A stretch of 64,000 nt of DNA from an uncultured Actinomycetes bacterium (lineage in GTDB: Bacteria; Actinomycetota; Actinomycetes; UBA12327), in the NCBI GenBank assembly GCA_903920865.1, contig CAIXNN010000009.1:13287-77286 (forward strand). The letters run 5' to 3'. The notes beneath the pieces were generated by a model. It saw only the letters and a program-made list of their open reading frames with translations. It did no database searches and was not told where the DNA came from. Below, in pieces: positions 58,804 to 64,000 of this stretch. The position numbers and the translations under genes are program-made. Within the stretch, counting starts at the first letter, position 1. Every line of letters starts with the position of its first letter.

Positions 58804-60072
58804 ATGGATCACGCTCCCTTTTGGGGACCTGACTTCAACGCACTAAATCGTGAAGACCCTGAAATCGCGAACGTGCTCTTGGCTGAACTTGATCGTCAAC
58901 GTGAGGGATTGCAACTCATCGCGAGCGAGAACTTCACCAGCCCGGCTGTGTTGGCCGCCCTTGGTAGCACGTTGAGTAACAAATATGCCGAGGGTTACCC
59001 AGGCAAGCGATACTACGGTGGATGTGCTGAAGTCGATAAAGCCGAAACCATCGGAATTACCCGCGCCAAGGAACTTTTTGGAGCCGAGCACGCAAACCTT
59101 CAGCCGCACTCTGGTGCCAGCGCGAATATTGCCGCCTATGCAGCTTTTCTTGTACCAGGCGACACTGTCTTGGCGATGTCATTGCCTCACGGTGGTCACC
59201 TAACGCACGGGTCAAAGGTGAACTTCAGCGGTAAGTGGTTTAACACCGTCTCCTATGGAGTACGTGAAGACGATGAACTCATTGACTATGACCAGGTGCG
59301 CTCGCTAGCCCTTGAGCACCGTCCAAAGATGATCATTTGTGGTGCCACTGCGTACTCACGCCTGATTGATTTCGCCGCATTTCGCGCCATTGCAGACGAG
59401 GTTGGTGCGATCTTGATGGTCGATGCAGCCCACTTCATTGGTCTGGTGGCTGGCAAGGCCATTCCAAGCCCGGTGCCATTTGCTGACGTGGTGTGTTTCA
59501 CCACGCACAAGGTGTTGCGTGGTCCACGCGGCGGAATGATCTTATGCAAACAAGAGCACGCCGCAAAGATCGATAAAGCCGTTTTCCCCTTCATGCAGGG
59601 TGGGCCATTGATGCACGCAGTTGCCGGAAAGGCTGTTGCGCTTCGTGAAGCTGCCTCGCCGCAGTACCAGACCTATGCCAAGCAGGTCATTGCCAACGCA
59701 CAAACGCTCGCCGCTGGATTGGCGGAGCAAGGGATGCGTCCGGTTAGCGGTGGAACCGATACGCACTTGGCCTTGATTGACCTTCAAGGTATCGGAGTAA
59801 CGGGAGCGGATGCAGAAACTCGATGCGACGCGGCTCGTATTACTTTGAACAAAAATGCAATCCCTTATGACCCACAACCACCGATGATCTCTTCTGGCAT
59901 TCGGGTTGGAACACCAGCTGTGACCACCCAAGGTCTCGTAGAAGCAGACATGAGCGTTGTTGCTGATCTGATTGGACGCTCTGTGCGAGACGTTGATGGA
60001 TCGCAGAGCGCAACAATTGCTGAAGAGGTTTCAGCTTTGGTTGGGAAGCATCCGGCATACGCCGGTAATTAG
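58804..60072 (+). CDS. glyA: Serine hydroxymethyltransferase
   Basis: PLP-Lys octapeptide region [12 protein letters not shown]. Confidence 0.95.
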   Translation: MDHAPFWGPDFNALNREDPEIANVLLAELDRQREGLQLIASENFTSPAVLAALGSTLSNKYAEGYPGKRYYGGCAEVDKAETIGITRAKELFGAEHANLQPHSGASANIAAYAAFLVPGDTVLAMSLPHGGHLTHGSKVNFSGKWFNTVSYGVREDDELIDYDQVRSLALEHRPKMIICGATAYSRLIDFAAFRAIADEVGAILMVDAAHFIGLVAGKAIPSPVPFADVVCFTTHKVLRGPRGGMILCKQEHAAKIDKAVFPFMQGGPLMHAVAGKAVALREAASPQYQTYAKQVIANAQTLAAGLAEQGMRPVSGGTDTHLALIDLQGIGVTGADAETRCDAARITLNKNAIPYDPQPPMISSGIRVGTPAVTTQGLVEADMSVVADLIGRSVRDVDGSQSATIAEEVSALVGKHPAYAGN

Positions 60073-60126
60073 CCTTCGGTTGGTTAGCATGGGCTTGTCG
60101 CACACCACTTCGACGAACGGCGATAC

Positions 60127-61419
60127 ATGAGGCAACGCACAAGGTTTGTTGTTGCAACCTTGATTCTTGATCTCATTGCGCTGGCGGTGGGGTTAGTTCT
60201 TGCGTCGATTCGGGTGTTCAACGTCGCCTGGCTCACCCAGGCAAAGCTTCTCGTTGGTCAAAACCCACGTCCCATGCTGGGGCTCTTGATTTTGGGCGTA
60301 TTCCTGGGTTCCTGGTTGGCCCTGCGGGTCATCGACCCAGCACTCTCACGCCCCAACTATGGGCATGCCCTGTTTACTTTGGCCATCGCCATCTCAGTGG
60401 TGGCGGCTGGCTCTTTCTTACTGCGTACCTATTTCTCTCGCGAATTTGTTTTCTTGAGTTTGGCGATCTGGTTGGTCATTGCGGTGCTGCATCGAGCGCT
60501 TCGCCGTACCGTGCCGTGGATTGAGCCGATGGTGGTCATCACCGATGAGCAGTATTTGGTCGCTGACTTGGCAGCTGCGCCACACGCGCTGGTAAGTAGC
60601 GTGCTTGATCCGCAATCAAGCGCCCCACCTGAGTCGTTACCTTCTGATACAACATTGGTCGTTGATCTTCGTGCGGTGCTCAGTGACTCAATGGCAAGTT
60701 TTGTTTCATCCTCAACCCTGGCTGGTCTCGAAGTTCGTCCCTTTAGTCAAACCTACGAAGAGCACACCGAGCGAATTCCGCTCGTGCACTTGGCCGAAGG
60801 ATGGGAGATCAGCGTCCCGCTAGGGCGAAGAGCGTTTTACGCACCGTTCAAGCGGCTCTTAGAGGTCATATTCACGGCAATTATGGCGCCTGCCTGGTTG
60901 CTCGTGATGGCGTTGACAGCCCTGGCCATCGTGATTGATTCCGGTGGTCCAGTGGTATTTCGCCAGGTGCGAGTGGGTAAAGATGACAAGCCATTCACGA
61001 TCTATAAATTTCGGACCATGGTGGTCAACGCTGATAAGGATGGTCCCCAATTCACGATCAAGGACGACCCGCGCATTACGCGCATTGGCAAGTTCTTGCG
61101 GCGCACGCGTCTTGATGAAGTTCCTCAACTGCTTAATGTTCTCAAGGGCGATCTGTCCCTGGTAGGACCCAGAGCTGAACAAGTTTTGTTCGCAGAGCAA
61201 TTTCAAGAGGTCATTCCGTTCTATCGTTATCGACACTTGGTGCGACCAGGAATCACAGGTTGGGCCCAAGTCAACTCCGGATACGCCGACAACCTTGAAG
61301 CAACAATCGAAAAGTTGACCTATGACTTGTACTACGTGCGCCACATGTCACCGTGGGTTGACCTAAGCGTGGTCTGGCGCAGTGTCCTTACCGTGTTATC
61401 CGGTAAAGGCGCTCAGTGA
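60127..61419 (+). CDS. Polyprenyl-phosphate glycosyl-1-phosphate transferase (bacterial sugar transferase, WbaP/CpsE-like)
   Basis: N-terminal TM region plus the C-terminal Bac_transf domain (PF02397 type: KFRTM, VGPRAE, GITGWAQV). Confidence 0.85.
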   Translation: MRQRTRFVVATLILDLIALAVGLVLASIRVFNVAWLTQAKLLVGQNPRPMLGLLILGVFLGSWLALRVIDPALSRPNYGHALFTLAIAISVVAAGSFLLRTYFSREFVFLSLAIWLVIAVLHRALRRTVPWIEPMVVITDEQYLVADLAAAPHALVSSVLDPQSSAPPESLPSDTTLVVDLRAVLSDSMASFVSSSTLAGLEVRPFSQTYEEHTERIPLVHLAEGWEISVPLGRRAFYAPFKRLLEVIFTAIMAPAWLLVMALTALAIVIDSGGPVVFRQVRVGKDDKPFTIYKFRTMVVNADKDGPQFTIKDDPRITRIGKFLRRTRLDEVPQLLNVLKGDLSLVGPRAEQVLFAEQFQEVIPFYRYRHLVRPGITGWAQVNSGYADNLEATIEKLTYDLYYVRHMSPWVDLSVVWRSVLTVLSGKGAQ

Positions 61420-61844
61420 GTTTTCTCTACGACGACTCCTTGCCTTCACAGGCAAAGGCTGACAACTCAGCGTTGGTTCGCCGCATCGGGCTGAGCCTTG
61501 TTGTGCTGGCTGCGATTTTGATCGTTGGCTGCACCCTTGGGCAGGGGAGCGCAGGCCTGATCGGATCTCTGGTCGGCCTGACGATTGTGTTCACCTTTTT
61601 TGGCCTTGACGTCCTGGCGCTATGGCGCACCCGCAGTTGGCCGGCCTTGAACGTTTCGGCCTTGATGGTCGGGCTTTATGTCGTGAAGTTGTTACTGGTG
61701 TTGCTGACGTTGTTGGTGCTTCGTCATCGCTCAGGAATCGACCACCCGAGCCTGATTGTTTCAGTCATTGTTGGCAGTCTTGGCGCATCAATTGCAGGCG
61801 TGATCCTCTGGTCTCGGGTCAAGATTTCCTACGTCATCCCGTGA
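61416..61844 (+). CDS. Hypothetical small membrane protein (4 TMS) preceding the atp operon
   Basis: 142 aa with a GTG start overlapping the upstream stop. Hydrophobic. Confidence 0.4.
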   Translation: MSFLYDDSLPSQAKADNSALVRRIGLSLVVLAAILIVGCTLGQGSAGLIGSLVGLTIVFTFFGLDVLALWRTRSWPALNVSALMVGLYVVKLLLVLLTLLVLRHRSGIDHPSLIVSVIVGSLGASIAGVILWSRVKISYVIP

Positions 61845-61916
61845 CCGATGTCACAGGTGTGTGTTCGTGCCTGACCCTGTGATTTTGTGTCCTTCTTGAG
61901 TTGATAGATTCCGCAC

Positions 61917-62132
61917 GTGCCGCAGGAAGGTCCGGTCTCCAAACGCGGAGATTCAGATTCTGAAGCGGCATGGGGTGTTGTCGGGTATCTGGTTTCGGGT
62001 CTGCTCGCTTGGGGCGGAATCGGCGCGATCGCAGATCACTTCCTAAAAACATCCATCTTCTTCCCCATTGGTTTAGCGCTGGGATCTGTTCTCGGCCTTT
62101 ACTTGGTATGGGTTCGGTACGGCAAGGCTTAG
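61917..62132 (+). CDS. Small membrane protein, AtpI/AtpZ-like (putative F-ATPase accessory)
   Basis: 71 aa with 2 TMS, immediately upstream of atpB. Confidence 0.35.
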   Translation: MPQEGPVSKRGDSDSEAAWGVVGYLVSGLLAWGGIGAIADHFLKTSIFFPIGLALGSVLGLYLVWVRYGKA

Positions 62133-62181
62133 CTCGTTTTTATTTGTTAGCAGTTCTTCGATCGTGTGACGTGGAGGTTTG

Positions 62182-62985
62182 GTGAGTTCGACCATCGTGG
62201 CAATGGCTCACACCGCCGACCCAGGGTTTGTTCCACCCGGCATTGGTGATTTCAACTACCCACCGATCTTTCCTGGCACCGCCGTGGAATGGGTCACCAA
62301 GCCGCTCCTAGCTTCGGTTCTTGCCGCCGTCCTTGTTTTTGTCTTTTTCACTGTGGGCGCTCGCAAACGTGCTCTGGTTCCGGGCCGATTCCAGTTTGCT
62401 GTTGAGTCCACTTACACCTTCATTCGTAACGGCGTAGCTCGCGATGTCATCGGTCATGGATTTGAAAAGTACGTGCCCTTCTTGGTCACCGTCTTCGCCT
62501 TTATCGCCGTCAACAATTTGTTCGGCATCATCCCGCTGATTCAGTTTCCAACCCTTGCTCGCTTCGGCTTCCCGCTGATGCTGGCAATTTGCAGTTGGCT
62601 TGTCTATCTCGGCATCGGCATTCGTCGAGCTGGATTTTTCGGCTATTTCAAGTCCGTCATGTTCCCACCGGGACTACCGGTCTTTATTTATCCGTTGCTA
62701 GCACCGATTGAATTGCTCCAGGTGCTAGTTGTTCGTCCGTTCTCGTTGGCACTGCGTCTTACCGCCAACATGTTTGCTGGTCACATCCTGCTGCTCTTGT
62801 TCACCTTGGGTGGCACCTACATGCTCACGAATGAAAATCTGGTGTTGAAAGTCTTGGCACCGTTTTCGCTCGCGGGTGCAATTGGTCTGACGTCCTTCGA
62901 AGCTTTCATTGAAGTTCTGCAGGCTTACATCTTCACCCTCCTTACGGCTCTCTATATCGCGGAAGCGATGTCAGAAGAGCACTAA
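62182..62985 (+). CDS. atpB: F0F1 ATP synthase subunit a
   Basis: Conserved Arg in LALRLTANMFAGH. Start ambiguous among TTG 62179, GTG 62182 and ATG 62203. Confidence 0.9.
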   Translation: MSSTIVAMAHTADPGFVPPGIGDFNYPPIFPGTAVEWVTKPLLASVLAAVLVFVFFTVGARKRALVPGRFQFAVESTYTFIRNGVARDVIGHGFEKYVPFLVTVFAFIAVNNLFGIIPLIQFPTLARFGFPLMLAICSWLVYLGIGIRRAGFFGYFKSVMFPPGLPVFIYPLLAPIELLQVLVVRPFSLALRLTANMFAGHILLLLFTLGGTYMLTNENLVLKVLAPFSLAGAIGLTSFEAFIEVLQAYIFTLLTALYIAEAMSEEH

Positions 62986-63021
62986 AGGAAACCCGCGCTC
63001 ACTCGAAAGGAAAGTCTCACC

Positions 63022-63234
63022 ATGGATCCACAGAAGTTCACTCTTGCCGGCCCGTTGGTTTACGCCATCGCAGCCGTCGGCCCCGGTATCGGAATTGGTC
63101 TGATCTTCGCCGCTTACGTCAGCGGAGTTGCTCGCCAGCCTGAAGCCAACAACATCTTGCGTCCGATCGCATTCCTCGGATTCGCCCTCGTTGAGATCTT
63201 GGCCCTCATCGGTCTGGTCTTCGCGTTCCTCTAA
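63022..63234 (+). CDS. atpE: F0F1 ATP synthase subunit c
   Basis: 70-aa hairpin with the proton-binding Glu in [11 protein letters not shown]. Confidence 0.95.
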   Translation: MDPQKFTLAGPLVYAIAAVGPGIGIGLIFAAYVSGVARQPEANNILRPIAFLGFALVEILALIGLVFAFL

Positions 63235-63255
63235 ACACAAAGGGAAACCGACACC

Positions 63256-63819
63256 ATGTCATTGACGTATCTGGCTAGTTCAGGAGTCATCTCCGCCGAG
63301 GAGTCGATTTCTGCTCTCGTGCCCAAGACCGAGGAACTCATTGTTGGGTTGCTGGGCTTCTTGGTGCTGCTTTGGTTGCTCAAGAAATTTGCCTACCCGC
63401 AATTTGAGGCAACCTTCCAAGAGCGCACCGCAGCTATTGAGGGTGGAATTGAAAAGGCTGAGAAGGCGCAAGCTGAAGCCGCTGCCGCGTTGGCTCAATA
63501 CCAAGCGCAGTTGGCCGATGCACGTGGTGAAGCCTCCACTATTCGCAGCGAAGCTCAGGCGGAACGATCGCGCATTGTTGAAGAAGCACGCTCAGAAGCC
63601 ACTGCGGCTGCTGAACAGGTCACTTCACGTGCGGCGGCTCAAATGGAAGCGGATCGATTGGCTGCCAAGGCCGAACTTTCTGCCGAAGTTGGGCGCATCG
63701 CTCTCGACTTGGCCAGCCGCGTCGTTGGCGAAGCGTTGAGCGACGATGCCCGCGCACGTGCCACGGTGGATCGATTCATCGCTGACTTGGAATCATCCTC
63801 ACAGGAGGGCAATCGCTGA
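63256..63819 (+). CDS. atpF: F0F1 ATP synthase subunit b
   Basis: N-terminal TM plus a long A/E/R-rich coiled-coil. Confidence 0.9.
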   Translation: MSLTYLASSGVISAEESISALVPKTEELIVGLLGFLVLLWLLKKFAYPQFEATFQERTAAIEGGIEKAEKAQAEAAAALAQYQAQLADARGEASTIRSEAQAERSRIVEEARSEATAAAEQVTSRAAAQMEADRLAAKAELSAEVGRIALDLASRVVGEALSDDARARATVDRFIADLESSSQEGNR

Positions 63820-64000
63820 TGTTGGGCGCTAGTCGTGCATCTCTTGATTCGGTTCGTGAAGTCCTCGCGACCAATCCTGGCGATGCCGAACTCGGGGAGC
63901 AGATGTTGGCTATTGCCACGCTGCTTGCTTCTCAATCCACCTTGCGTGGATCCCTTGGTGACCCGGGAAGTCCAGCTGCTCAGCGCATCGCCATTGTTGA
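63819..64000 (+). CDS. atpH: F0F1 ATP synthase subunit delta, 5' part (runs off window end)
   Basis: TGATG overlap with atpF. OSCP-like N-terminus. Confidence 0.7.
   Translation, partial: MLGASRASLDSVREVLATNPGDAELGEQMLAIATLLASQSTLRGSLGDPGSPAAQRIAIV

Noticed and set aside
1-64000. CRISPR arrays, transposases, toxin-antitoxin pairs, phage genes
   Set aside because: No direct-repeat/spacer periodicity, IS-like inverted repeats, or recognisable TA/phage proteins were found on either strand.

Overview
High-GC actinobacterial chromosomal window, densely coded, mostly conserved housekeeping genes. Gene order resembles mycobacterial core neighbourhoods: the whiB1-pdtaS-rshA-sigH-SRAP-aroA-rsgA block, the kgd region, and the argS-lysA-hom-thrC-thrB-rho-rpmE-prfA-prmC-tsaC-(glyA)-atpBEFH block. 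I recognise about 65 CDS, including a complete bioA-F-D-B operon, a Ni-superoxide dismutase with its SodX maturation peptidase, a tandem pair of 7TM HD-GYP proteins followed by a TB7.3-like small biotin-domain protein and an orphan PilT ATPase, a MacB-type ABC exporter, and an anti-sigma/sigma-F-like pair. Two tRNAs are present (initiator tRNA-fMet and tRNA-Arg-CCG), both on the minus strand. There is no CRISPR array, integrase, transposase or obvious defence island. I did not find a dramatic novel system. The points most worth a second look are: two unannotated small ORFs (a 24-aa bL37-like basic peptide convergent with rshA, and a 59-aa acidic ORF after kgd); a Rel/SpoT-type HD hydrolase fused to an unknown domain, next to an NrtR-like regulator with two uncharacterised genes; a 530-bp non-coding region with competing hairpins upstream of the HD-GYP pair; a palindrome masking the bioA ribosome-binding site; a SigH-type autoregulatory promoter; and a 15-bp minisatellite inside rho. 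Many six-frame ORFs overlapping real genes on the opposite strand are high-GC artefacts.
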